Origin: Ylistrum balloti
Taxonomy: Eukaryota
DNA: 64,000 nt
Direction of reading: 5' to 3'
Assembly (NCBI RefSeq): GCF_031769215.1
Contig: NW_026782569.1
Location: 1-64,000 of the forward strand
The notes below the pieces were generated by a model that was not told the origin of the DNA, made no database searches, and was given only the letters and a program-made list of their open reading frames with translations. Shown piece after piece: positions 24,801 through 35,395 of this stretch (positions are counted from its first letter, which is position 1; each line of letters begins with the position of its first letter). A program made the translations under genes and the position numbers.

Positions 24801-27368
24801 GCGCTAAGTCTTCAACTTGAAGGAACTTTGGTAATGTTTTAATCAAGAAATATATAACCATTCATAAAAAGGCCTCAACCAAATTGTTGAACAATAAACA
24901 ACTCCTTTCGTAGATATAATAGTACGGTTTCCACCTAGAGAATTCCTATTTCCGTAACTTTTGGGATATTGTTAAGAAACAAAAATCAAAGAGACGAGGC
25001 GTTTTATAATCCAGAACTGATAAAATTTTCGAACATAGAATCAGAGGAGCACGTGCTGTTATAAAGCCATCTCCTTTTAAGTCAACACATCAATGCACAG
25101 ATTTTTGCACAAATTCGTAGTTCAAACGCCGATGAAGATTGCAAGGTATATATTTTCAAACAAAAACATCAGATTTATGAATTAAGTATAACGGCATTTT
25201 AATAAAGAAAGGGTTTAACGACAGCTAATACTTTTTGGCATCGACTTGCTCTGGGACAGTGTTTGCAATCCTTTTATGCATATAACGTAAACAAGTGTGT
25301 GGTTCTTGTGGCATATCAGCGAGTACATTGTACTAATTATCACCCGACATAAGTAAATATAACGATTTGTGAGAAATTCTGCTAAATCGTAAAATGTCCG
25401 ATTGTCTGGAAATAGGAAAAAAAAAACACTTTTTGACTTTAAATATGTTCACAAACAAAATGAGAGCGTCAGATACCGACAACTTCCTGGTAAATCTGAC
25501 CGAGTCACACAGGCACCGCCGTCACTAATGTCTACTTTAGTACAATTTCAGTTTGACTCCGCGTCATTTTATTGGCAATATCCTGCCGCAAAAGGTTTTA
25601 GAAAAAAATTCTGACGTCATACTGTGTAGGCTAAACATAAATATTACAAATACCTTTGAATTGAAATAGCAAATTACAAATTTGGATTATATTCTTTTTT
25701 TGTTGTGGTTAAAACAACTTCATTTTGTTTACTTGTTGACAAATATGTATTGGCGGAAAGTCTTGAAATAATATTACGTTCTTTTTCATAGGACTACTGA
25801 CACGAAACAACCGTATTCTACTTAACCTGCGTGAGTACTCCAACAATGTAAATGTACTATCTGTAAAAAAAGGTTGAAGTATTTTTATGGTGCTAGATAA
25901 AGTTTTATTTATTTCATTGAAAGCATACCATTTAAAAAAATTGTTTAGCCTTATCGTCTAATAGAGCCCATAAATTGAAAAGGAACATTAATTTTATCTT
26001 TATTAAACTACTCTCCCCTGTCTGATTTCAAGCTCGGCGCACTTAGCGACAACAGAATTAAAAAAAAAGTATTTTAAAAAAGTTGCAGGTAGCACAAGAT
26101 ACTGAGTCTTATCCTGAAGCCGAAGCAACAGTATTTCAGTACAAAATGCATTCCGAATCGTATTAGAAGCGCTGAACGCTCAATTGAATTACAGGAAATA
26201 GCATGAACCACATTAGTTTAATGCTGATATCTATATTTCTCTATGTGTTACCTATTTGGTAAAAGCAAAATAATTATGATAGAAACTTGAAGTTTGAATG
26301 CAATTATCTGGAATAACTCTAAGGAATTATAGATATCATTACTGCATTTTGAAATTGTGGGATGTTGGGTTTGAGGGATTACTAGTGTAAAACATTACCG
26401 GTGTCACTGTAGCATCATCTTCTCACTTATTTGCAAACTCAACCTTCATAAATCGGCGTGTTGCAGGAAAATCGCAGATATCCGTATGGACTTAAAAAGA
26501 CTTATTTGTACCACATCGTAAATAATTTCAAAATATCTCCAAGTTAGTTTCTGTAGGTCACCAAAACAGTATTATCTGAACATAGATTAAGTTTCCGCAA
26601 CACGGAAAGAGGACGCGAATATAACATATAACATTATGAACACCTAATGCTTTCTGTAAATCATGCATTATATCTAAAATTTGATGGTATATTAGCTAGA
26701 TTTATTGTAATGTATCTGTCTCTTGCTACGATTACGCATTAACGTTGGTGTTACTGTATCCAGGACCACGCGGTCAGTGCAGTCATATGACACAACATTG
26801 TCAAGAAGTCTAATATAGTGTTGCTTTCGATGTCTGCGGTACGGTGTGCCACGTGTAGAGTCATGTGCACGGTAGTACAGAATACGGACACTCATTGACA
26901 TTACAGAATGGTCCGTGAAGTTGAAATTTTGATGTAAATATTAATTCTTTTCACTGCTTATGACGATGCATACATTGCCTGTCATTTTGTTTCACAAACA
27001 TAAATTAAAGCACACAAAATCACATTCAATACCATAAACAACAATGGTAGTTTAACAAGTTGATTCATGTGATAATTTTAATGTAAGTAAATGGAGTCAG
27101 TACTTATCAATAACTTCTCGTACCAACGAGAGTCAAATGTGACTTAAGTTTTGTTCACATTAATTTCACGTTTGATTCGTGTGCGTTTGATAGTATGATA
27201 AAAAGAACGGAAGTTACTTGGTTTTCACAGGAACACTTCAGTGCAAATGTAGATATAATGATTTACCGGCTTAGACGTCCCATTAGCCTGACCAAACTTA
27301 CCTGACTTTGCGGCCAACAAACACACTGCGACAAGTACCGCCACCTGTCGTGTTGTGTGTTTCGCCAT
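6161..27368 (-). CDS. Nicotinic acetylcholine receptor alpha subunit (Cys-loop cation channel, alpha7/alpha9-10-like lophotrochozoan type), whole CDS span, 6 exons, 527 aa
   Basis: Exons 27368-27302 (67 nt), 23605-23424 (182), 16885-16841 (45), 16051-15942 (110), 11290-10755 (536) and 6804-6161 (644). All introns are GT-AG and the phases chain 1/0/0/2/1. The sum is 1584 nt = 528 codons including TAA. Confidence 0.97.
7620..8240 (+). mobile_element. Non-autonomous Helentron/DINE-1-like element in nAChR intron 5
   Basis: Terminal hairpin TAGGTCA(7621)...TGACCTA(7654), then a gtccggcgtcgcgcgtcgt microsatellite-like tract, then internal repeats (tgacctcagctgaccc...ggcggggtcaaaa at about 7848 and tgaccttgactgaccc...ggcggggccaaaa at about 8151). 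This layout is typical of bivalve HINE elements. Confidence 0.7.
8270..8845 (-). mobile_element. Second Helentron-like element in inverted orientation, with about 3.5 internal repeats of about 160 bp
   Basis: GGAC/GACG microsatellite acggacggacgacggaccacggacg at about 8774-8798. Repeated tgagaaagatctat (about 8318 and 8479) and aaaat..gatg(g/a)ccg (about 8376, 8536, 8622). Confidence 0.7.
10755..11290 (-). CDS. nAChR coding exon 5: Cys-loop, loops B and C, M1, M2
   Basis: Acceptor ttacAG|T, donor CTG G|GTAAGT. Contains [17 protein letters not shown] (Cys-loop), GSWAYDG (loop B), [11 protein letters not shown] (vicinal Cys, hence alpha) and [23 protein letters not shown] (M2). Confidence 0.98.
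12955..13010 (+). mobile_element. Short 3'-end remnant of the Penelope-like RT family
   Basis: ggcggacgtcgttgatacattagaagacgcttacc aligns by eye to gtgtcgtcgattaagtagacgacacttactc (reverse complement of about 14370-14400). Confidence 0.4.
13420..14500 (-). mobile_element. Cluster of two or three 3'-end remnants of the Penelope-like (Naiad-like) RT family
   Basis: 13560-13760 matches 59820-59990 and 62890-63050 (aaacacgtc.gact.cata, acct.catct, tttgtc...gccgacatcttgcatgaaaa). gagaataagaccaggtgttccggaagagtaag at about 14345-14375 matches about 59722-59750. Confidence 0.75.
15942..16051 (-). CDS. nAChR coding exon 4 (110 nt), absent from the ORF track
   Basis: ataacAG|GAATGG...TACAACAG|GTAAAC. 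Translates [36 protein letters not shown](S), including loop [10 protein letters not shown]. Confidence 0.96.
16841..16885 (-). CDS. nAChR coding exon 3 (45 nt), absent from the ORF track
   Basis: ttacAG|GATGAA...GACCAG|GTAAGA. Translates [15 protein letters not shown], including the loop D Trp. Confidence 0.96.
20395..20570 (-). mobile_element. Possible SINE 3' tail remnant (a similar tail lies on the plus strand at about 4545-4575)
   Basis: Minus strand ends ggtgcgacgttaaacataaacaac, and the plus-strand 4550s read tatgacgttaaactctcataaac. The gacgttaaac plus A-rich tail resembles mollusc SINE ends. No head is recognisable. Confidence 0.3.
23024..23186. mobile_element. Tc1/mariner-type MITE, copy 1 (nAChR intron 2)
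   Basis: Imperfect TIRs caatataacctcgttttagcgaac / ttcgagataatgaggttcgactg, left flank TA. Homologous over its length to 55328-55503. Confidence 0.75.
23424..23605 (-). CDS. nAChR coding exon 2 (N-terminal helix and beta1)
   Basis: tttttcAG|CT, donor GATGTC|GTAAGT. Translates (A)[60 protein letters not shown]. Confidence 0.95.
27302..27368 (-). CDS. nAChR coding exon 1 (signal peptide), absent from the ORF track
   Basis: ATG GCG AAA ... TCA G|GTAAGT gives [22 protein letters not shown] (basic n-region plus hydrophobic core). Its phase 1 end matches exon 2, and an in-frame TGA lies 7 codons upstream. Confidence 0.88.
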
Positions 27369-27511
27369 GTCCGCACCGACCTTCTTGCTACGTCACTTCC
27401 GCATCATATTCAGTGGGCACTGATGCCGTTCTGTTTATCTTCTCATCTCTTCCAGTCATTCAGTTGCACGAAATAGGCAAACATTTGCTGCATGTTGTTC
27501 GCATCATAGTC
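27369..27511 (-). promoter_or_regulatory. Probable 5'UTR part of the first coding exon, preceded by a splice acceptor (implies a further upstream non-coding exon)
   Basis: Minus strand tttgtgtgcttttttaaAG| at 27513-27512. Contains 8 upstream ATGs. Confidence 0.55.
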
Positions 27512-30500
27512 CTTTAAAAAAGCACACAAAAACAATCCTGTTTACACAAACAATACTTTAAGCAGTAACAACAATAATATGTGTTGACAACCACAGCGTA
27601 GTGTTGAACAATCCAATACAGGTAATGAAGCTAGATCACGTGTTAAACAGTGTTGTTACAAGTCACGTTGATAAGAGACTGATCAATGCTGCAGTTTTAG
27701 CTACACAAAGCATACAGGAGGCAATCTGTTTTCATATTGCTTGCTTCTCTCAGTTTAAACTTGTAGTACCTGCTCGTTACTTGTCAAAGTACTGTTTATA
27801 TGTTGATACATTTAACAATCACTTAGCTCTGTTTTGTATGACTTATACTCAGGTATAAGCCGAATACAAGACATTAAATCATCAGATGTAGTGTTTCGAT
27901 TAATTTCATGATTTAATCCGTATTGCGATTTGTACATGCACGTTATTATTTCTGATTAAATAGGAAAGTTATTTTAAACAAAGAAAGCAAACCATCCTTC
28001 TAAAAAAGCTTCCTTTATCATACAGTGTGGACATGTTACCGCCAACGCTTATACTAACATCTCATCTCCCAGTGAATTCACCTCTTGTTTGGCACGGTGT
28101 GCTAATGAATGCGATCAGAGAACACTATGCTAAACGCAGGCTTTGCTGTTTTCACCAGCTCTAATTGATAACACCATTTTCATATGATGTAATTTTGAAA
28201 AAAAAATAGTGATACACGCCTTAACATGCAGTTCTCCTCCTCCTGGATCATTAGGTAAATGTGTTTTTTCTATTTGGTAAACAACAACGGAACGTATATT
28301 ACAAAGTGCCCTGTGTTCTGGTGCTAAATCCTGTTAATTGAATTAACGTATTGACAGTGTAAACAAGCAAAAAGGTGTCCAAATGTTCAACACAAATTCT
28401 AAACACTCTATGAAATAAATCCATGAAACATTTGACCGACAATGCCTAAAACATTCACAAACACCGAATTAAGCATTTCTGTGAAGTAGATTGAAAAGAA
28501 ACATCCCATAAAGCTGTACACTACTGCTGAAAATAGACCGAAATAAGCGTCGTCTTTCTCAATAAACGTCATGCCGTATTACTGAGCCTGTATATAATCA
28601 CTGGCCAGCACCATAGTAATATTTGTTCGATGGCCACAGCACGCGCCTCAAGTCATGCTCTCGTGCAGATGAACGAGATACTGTTCAATTTGCTACAGTG
28701 CTAGGGCCTTGTTACTCCGACAAGGTCGAAAAATCAGAAATGATTAACTGACATTGAATGAAGGTCAGCGTGGAGTGCAGGGAAGCGTAACGATGTAATA
28801 CAGTTACCGGGGAGAGTCTACTCTGCTAAGCATGCTCTTTTGTTCATCGTTGTTTTTGCCTCTATTTCTTTTAGTTTTTTTTTAGATATATTCCATAAAC
28901 GGAATATTGATGACGTTCATTTTAAAAATATTTGTATTTTTCAAACGTTATTTTCCGTCGTTTTAAGTTTTCTCAGCGTTGGTTTTGCATTTACCATTTA
29001 CGTTTCTTTCTTCTGTTTTTAGGGGTCGGATAAAAGATTCTTACCTGAGATATTATTTTAGTTGCATGTTTGTGACCGATCCCGAAATTTACAATAAAAG
29101 GTAATGACAATTGCCAAAAGCGAAACAGTGCTGCACAAGACCTATACCACTGAAGTAATTAAAGAAAATCCCATACAATACTTATCGATCAAATTTTGTT
29201 CTGTATAGACTCCAATTTTACAGCGTTTTGTTAATTGCATTAAAAGATAAGTTACTCGATACGCTATTCGAGATTCTATAATTACCTTTCAAAGTCGTGT
29301 TGCTGCGGCAAGGTGGCATGGAAATTGTTTGACACGAGGAAGTGTAGACTGATGTACCGTGTGCATCTTTATTGTTTACCAAATCAAATGTGTCAAGTTG
29401 ATTATATATAAATCATTCCAAATAGATTCCATTTCTTAATGATACAGTCCAACGTAATTGGTAGTTGTTAAACAGACAGTTTGAGTAGGAACCACAAAAT
29501 TAACATATCTGTATATTACATACCATAATGTCCAAAGTTTTAACTTGCCTAACACTTAAGAATATTTCATCTTTGTTCATTTATCCACTAACCCACAAGG
29601 CATTCTCTTCATTCGAGTAATGGCACGATTCAGAAAATACACGTATACGTGACTTTTTTCTGAAATTTTCATATACATGAATGCATGCATTTGAAATGAG
29701 GGCTAGTGCATCAGCCCATCTAGATTTTACAATCCAAAATTTCTTTCGCTCACTTTGGATTTTTCTCAGTCATCTCCTAGATTAAAAAAATGAGACATTC
29801 ATCATCGTTCATGAGTCCTAGGAGGACGAAAAAAGCTTCATGATGAAGTTTTATGTTATGGCTCTACCGTATCTAATTCTAAATTTGTACTTGTGTCCGT
29901 TTTTCTCCTCTTAACATTATTGCTTAGATTTGTTGCAATATGATTTCGTTTTATAAATTGTCTACAATTTCATAAAATCAGGGATTGCACATTCGAACGG
30001 ATATAACTGTAGTCATACTCGCTATGTCTTATGTAATTCTGCTATGCAGTACATACAAAGTTTTCAGACAAAATAAAAACATATGAAACATCAGTTCCAA
30101 TTATCAACCTAAGCTGAATTTTCTGCGTATTCTTTTGTTTCCAGTCTGTCGAAATGATAACAGTTAACATCAGAATACAAAGATGTAGGTGATAAATGTC
30201 CTAGAGATGTTCGTTATGTCATGCAATATTTCATATATCTGTTGTGCCTAAAGAAATGGGACGTGCAGTCGGTATATTCCCCACAATAAATGTTCATAGT
30301 GTTATTATATAGTCTCTTATCAGCAAAAATTCTCCCTAATAAAATAATGATGATAATAGTAAATAATTTTATTATACTGTACTGAATGACGTCGAAGACA
30401 AACTAGATGGTTGGTAGGTCATCGGAGACAGCAGCAATAATGATAGCTTTACTGTAATAATGCTAAATCGAGAAATCTAGGGGATTAGCAAAAACAGTCC

Positions 30501-32599
30501 ACACCAGCGACAGGCCGACTAGGACTATGTGTCTCGAGATGCCCGACGATCGATATTTCGGAACCATTCTGACTTACAAATGGCTGCGAACATCCTTTAT
30601 CTAACCCCAAAAGGACAATTTTTCGTGACGCGTTATCGCCTGACAAAATATGTTAGGTAGGTTGAAACGACTTTAGCACCCCAAAACAACGAATTATCAT
30701 GACCATGTGCGCGTGACTTAATACTTGCGGGGAACGCTAATGTGTATTTTACCCTTTTCCGTTTCATTTAATGTATTGAGTGAAAATTACACTGTAAGCA
30801 TATATCGCCGTCTTGTAGGTGTCTAAAATCTTCCCGCCAATTTTATTTTATTTTGATTGGATTTTCTTTCGTATTTGCGTCTCTATATGCATAACAGACA
30901 CAAATTAACAACTTTCACATGCGTTTATATTCTACCTACGCACCAATTATCGCTTGGTTTCGGAAATAATAAAATACCACTTCGAAAAGAAATCGTTTTG
31001 CAGAACCGTGTCACATTTGCGTGGTGTTATAATAGATTTTAATTCCAGAGCTGTATACACCTACAAGCGTTACAAGTTTCAATGTCATATCATACCCTAA
31101 TCATCTTTGCGGTCTTAAAAACACGTTTGCCCTCAGTTTGAAACAAGACAAGTAGAAATAAAGGGGGAGAGTATGCATGAATATTTCTCCGAATAGGGGC
31201 CTTAACGAGGGTGATTACTAAGAGATAGGCACAAAATTCTATCCAATCAAAATACTTTTGAATATATGATAAGTTATAATAGTTGAAATGATTATGCAAT
31301 TTCGCTTGTTTTTATAATTATTTGCCAATAACAGTAACATATTCCGCATTTAAAGAAATCAACAATCGTTACGTTAGATATCGTGAAAAAGGAATCGCAT
31401 AAAATATGTCCTGGTCTCAAATCGGTTCGTTTGAAATTCTGTGTCATGAAGCTATCCGTGAGCAATTTCATTTCATCATTTTGTGGATTAAATAACAAGC
31501 AAGATGGATGTTAATTCTATTCTTGTTTTTATCTTTATAACAGATCGTCTTTAGATCTTAATTCTAAATTCAATACATGATATGAGGTTTAATCACTCTA
31601 CTTCTTCTAAAAATTAAAAATATTTTGCTCACGAAAGAAGGTTGCTCCCATTCATATATGCGCTTTCATCGAACTCATCAAAGACATTGTCAATAGATAT
31701 CTAGCTTTTTTCACGCAGTATACATATTTGTAAACATTCGTGAATCAGCTTAACATAGTTCACATAACATATCGGCACACTGTATCCATTACTTTAGAAG
31801 AAAACCCATATATCTGTTTTCAGTGTGATGTTCTTACAAAATAGCGTTTAAACTGTAAATAGATGATTTTTCAAATTAGGGACATATTGGTCATGACCGA
31901 TGCCCAAATTTAAAAAAAAAATAAATATTTTGTGCTTATAACAATGCTCCACATATTTACGTTCGGTCCGTCAAAAAAAACTGCAATTGAGACAAGCGTG
32001 TGGAATGGCTTTAAGACTAGTATATTAAAACAATAAATAATGTTAAAACGCATACAACCGATAGAAAAATATTAAACCATGATGTCTCAAGGTCAGGTAC
32101 TGCAGATCAAGATTTCATTGAAAGTATGTAGCAGACTCCATGGGGATATTGTAAGCGCTTTCTATATACAATCAAGCTTGTGACTACAGCTGCAAGGTAA
32201 TGTATGCATGCCACGGGAACGTCATCAAACGTCAATAAAGCTGGGAAACATTTCCACGTTGTGTTAAACACAAATAGAATGCCTGGTTTATCTATCGCTT
32301 CAGGGATAAATAAAGTTTAGTGATTACAAAAAGAGCGGCATTATTCCAGACTTCGGATGAAAATAAACTTGTGTTAATTTTTTTTGAAAAGTTCAATGCA
32401 ATTCCATCTGGACGAGATGGCCGTGACTTTCATTCGAATAGTGGCACAGTTAGGAATAAACACTTATACTCGAAGCTGATCTGAAATCAGATATGTGTGG
32501 CAATAGATAAATTATTGGGGCCAGTCCACATCCCTATCTAGATTTTGAATTTTCCTTCCATCACTATGGATCTTCCCAGGTCGCCTCGCAGTATTACAA

Positions 32600-32950
32600 C
32601 TTAGAGCCTTAGGCATCACGGATAAGGCTTAGAAAGAGGAAATAGCTGTATGATGCAGTTTAACTCATAATTTGTCTCTGATGTATTAAATCAATTGTGC
32701 TGAAATGTGCTATTCACTCCTGTGTCTGTGGTTTAACTTTTAAATTTTAACGGTATCATATAGAAGTATAGAAAGAGTTATTACTTTATTTCATTTCATA
32801 TTGAGTCCTAGAAGAATATAACAACTGTATGATGCAGTTTATGTCATTGTTTGGCTCTAATGTTTTACTTCTATTGTAATGAAAGGTGCTTTTTACTCTG
32901 GCGTCCTTGGTTTAATCCTTTAACTTTAATGTTACCATATAGAAGCAAGT
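32600..32950 (+). repeat. Two diverged direct repeats of about 179 bp, each carrying a hammerhead remnant (retrozyme or pseudo-LTR-like)
   Basis: ctgtatgatgcagttta occurs at 32646 and 32825, with colinear downstream similarity (tgaaa.gtgct.tt.actc, ggtttaa..ttt, catatagaag). The second copy keeps GAGTCCTAGAA of stem II. Confidence 0.8.
32613..32656 (+). ncRNA. Degenerate minimal type I hammerhead ribozyme motif (first of a tandem pair)
   Basis: GCATCA-CGGATAA-GGCTTAGAAAGAG-GAAA-TAGCTG-TA-TGATGC. Stem I (GCATCA/TGATGC) is perfect and GAAA and the GUA cleavage triplet are kept. The CUGAUGA core and stem II are mutated. Confidence 0.7.
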
Positions 32951-33109
32951 TTCATCGTATGTGTTATACAATTGTATTTTGCGTTATTGTATGGTAATCT
33001 ATTGGTTAAGTTATTAAGTTTTAGCGATAACCAGATAGAATAAAGGTCTTCAAAATAAATTAATGGTGGATGTGATATTCTAAGCCCGGTTCACAACATC
33101 ACAGTACAT

Positions 33110-33330
33110 AATATCGACAGCTGATCACAAAGAGGTTAAAGAGATGCAGGTCAACGAAAGCGAGCTTTATGGTCGTCATCTCGTTGGAGAGTGTAATGTT
33201 TCTTGTGCTACTATACATCTATACGATAATGTATGTGCGACTGGTGAGTTGATTTATATAACCTAGATTGATGTGACATATGAGGTAGATGAGACTGACC
33301 TTTTTCCAGAACATACGACTTGATTTGACT
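33110..33330 (+). mobile_element. 3'-end remnant of the Penelope-like RT family, plus orientation
   Basis: aaagagatgcaggtc...ctttatggtcgtcat (LYGRH, cf. KFY thumb motif) followed by gtagatgagactgacctttttccagaaca, matching the family's 3' motif gtagacgacacttactcttccggaaca. Confidence 0.6.
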
Positions 33331-34453
33331 TTGCTCATAATGTATTTATCGATTATGTGTATAAGTCTTTGATGGGTCAATATTCAGACTGTTTAACAAT
33401 TTTTGAGTTTTTGACTTCCTTTCTAGAGTTATCAAATGTTGATATTCATGTATAGAGTATATAAACACACAAAAAAATGTGGTTGTTTATTTTTCGCAGA
33501 AACCTTATGTGGATCTCCCTCTCTCTCTTTCTGTCATATTTCGAATTGTTTTTGTTTTTGCTTGCGTTCGTTGCGTAATTTTGTATTATACGTAATACAA
33601 CTGTAATTACATCAAGATATCAAATAGTGGAATGCTACATGAATTATGTTGTCAAGTATTGATCATCCTGAATCTGAGACACAAACATGTTTAAATTTCA
33701 ACACTGTCCTTCAAGAGCATATCAAATAATGTGTTGGGAATATCAACAATTTCCCTGACACTAGCTGAAAGAACGTGGACAAGTTGAAAATGCATTTTAC
33801 ATCTAGCTGTGATACAAGCATTAAAACCGTTAACATGAACGTAAAAGCTGACATATAGAGGATGCAATGTACTGTGTTACACTTTGTCTAGCGGTTTCAT
33901 GTTTGAACGTTCACAACATATACATTTTATGGGTTTTTAACCCTTTTGTCAATTATGCATATACACTGCACTAAAACCACAAAATTCCATACAATTCGCC
34001 GGCGATCGATACACTGTATTATGTATTAATATCATTATTCATATATTTACATTGTTGAAATAATAAAACAACAAAGAATATACAGACATGTCAACAGAAT
34101 ATTCATTCAAAATCAAATTTGATGAAACTCGATCAAAATATGAACAATTTATTTTTATTTTTTTTTTTTACTTTTAAATGAAGAATGAGATCTGGCGGTC
34201 CTAAAGAGTAGGCGATGACAACCGAAACACAAATTTTGGTTATTGGTTTTTCGAAGGAAGTAATATTAGCACGTGCTTACAAGAATATTGCACAAGGAAA
34301 TAGAATATTCGGTGATAAGATAACTATGACGACAGTAGAGCTTCTCAATAATCTTTATCAACCAGAATCTTTAAAGAGCCTGTGCTGTTGGTTTTCGATA
34401 TCTTGTCACATGACAGGTGTTTTTACCCCAGATTTGAACAATTTAGGACCTTA

Positions 34454-34498
34454 GCATATCACTGATGAGTCGCAGAACACGAAACAACTATGTGATGC
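34454..34498 (+). ncRNA. Degenerate type I hammerhead ribozyme motif
   Basis: GCATATCA-CTGATGA-GTC-GCAGAA-CAC-GAAA-CAACTA-TG-TGATGC. The CUGAUGA and GAAA cores are intact while the stems are eroded. Upstream ttaggaccttagcat matches the 43.7 kb copy (ttaggcccttagcat). Confidence 0.7.
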
Positions 34499-35059
34499 TT
34501 TCTACTGAAAAACGCTTTTTCTTGTGTGTCTTTGAAACAGGTAAAATTTCAGAAAGTATAACGAAACATTACTCGGATGCAAAAGTGAATTGTCATGAAA
34601 TTCACAGCTCGATTTCAATTTAAGCGTTGCTTTAAGCTTGGCATTGAATGAAACATTAACATGTTTAATGTTAAGCAAGTTTAGGCTATTCACGTGGTTG
34701 ATTAGGGCTTTCACACATACAGTTCAATTTAGTTGATTTTATGATCCATACTAAGGAAGTTTCAAATAAAAACATAGACAGAGACAGGCCTGCTTGCTGT
34801 TAAAACCTCATCACTATCACTGCACAAGACATCTTAATTGTTAGTAACACGACAACGATTTTTGTTACAAACATAGGCAAAAAGAGATCCAGAAGATGTT
34901 AATGAATATTTTGCCAACATCTAAGGTCAACACTGAATAACAATTCTTACAATTTCAATTATTTTTCATATTACACAAAATATACAAAAATTTCAAACGT
35001 CGATAAATAAAACAGCCAACAGACTTTTCTTTCAAAAATTGAATTCAATGAAGTTAGGG

Positions 35060-35395
35060 AAAAATATAAACAAAAGAAAGATTTACACGACTGGAAAAAA
35101 TCAGAATAAGACCAGGCCCCACTTGTATAAAACATCTTAACTTGAGATTTCCTCAAGTCGAGATTTTCCTCAGCTGATATCTCCTCAAAAACGGCTTGTA
35201 TAAAATGTTCTCAAGGAACAGGAGGAAGTCATCGGCTAGGATGTCCTGAAATTCCTTGAGGAATTTTCAAACAAGATATTTTCAAGGAGATATTAGCTGA
35301 GGAAAATCTGGGCTTGAGGAAATCTGAAATTGAGATATGTTATACAAGTGGGGCAAGGTGTTTTGGAGGTAAGCACCTAATGCTTCATCGATTCC
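35060..35395 (-). mobile_element. 3'-end remnant of the Penelope-like RT family, split by a MITE
   Basis: aaacaaaagaaagatttacac...agaataagaccag|MITE|aaggtgttttggaggtaagc restores the family motif gagaataagaccaggtgttccggaagagtaag. Confidence 0.7.
35116..35354. mobile_element. 239-bp near-palindromic MITE, PIF/Harbinger-like (3-bp CAG/AAG target duplication)
   Basis: Ends GCCCCACTTGTATAA / TTATACAAGTGGGGC are perfect for 15 bp, with inverted arms continuing for about 100 bp. Flanked by CAG (35113-35115) and AAG (35355-35357). Confidence 0.85.

Noticed and set aside
24940-25180. Possible LINE C-terminal remnant (ESEEHVLL..., MKIARYIF)
   Set aside because: Only short motif resemblances across several frames; not supportable without a profile search.
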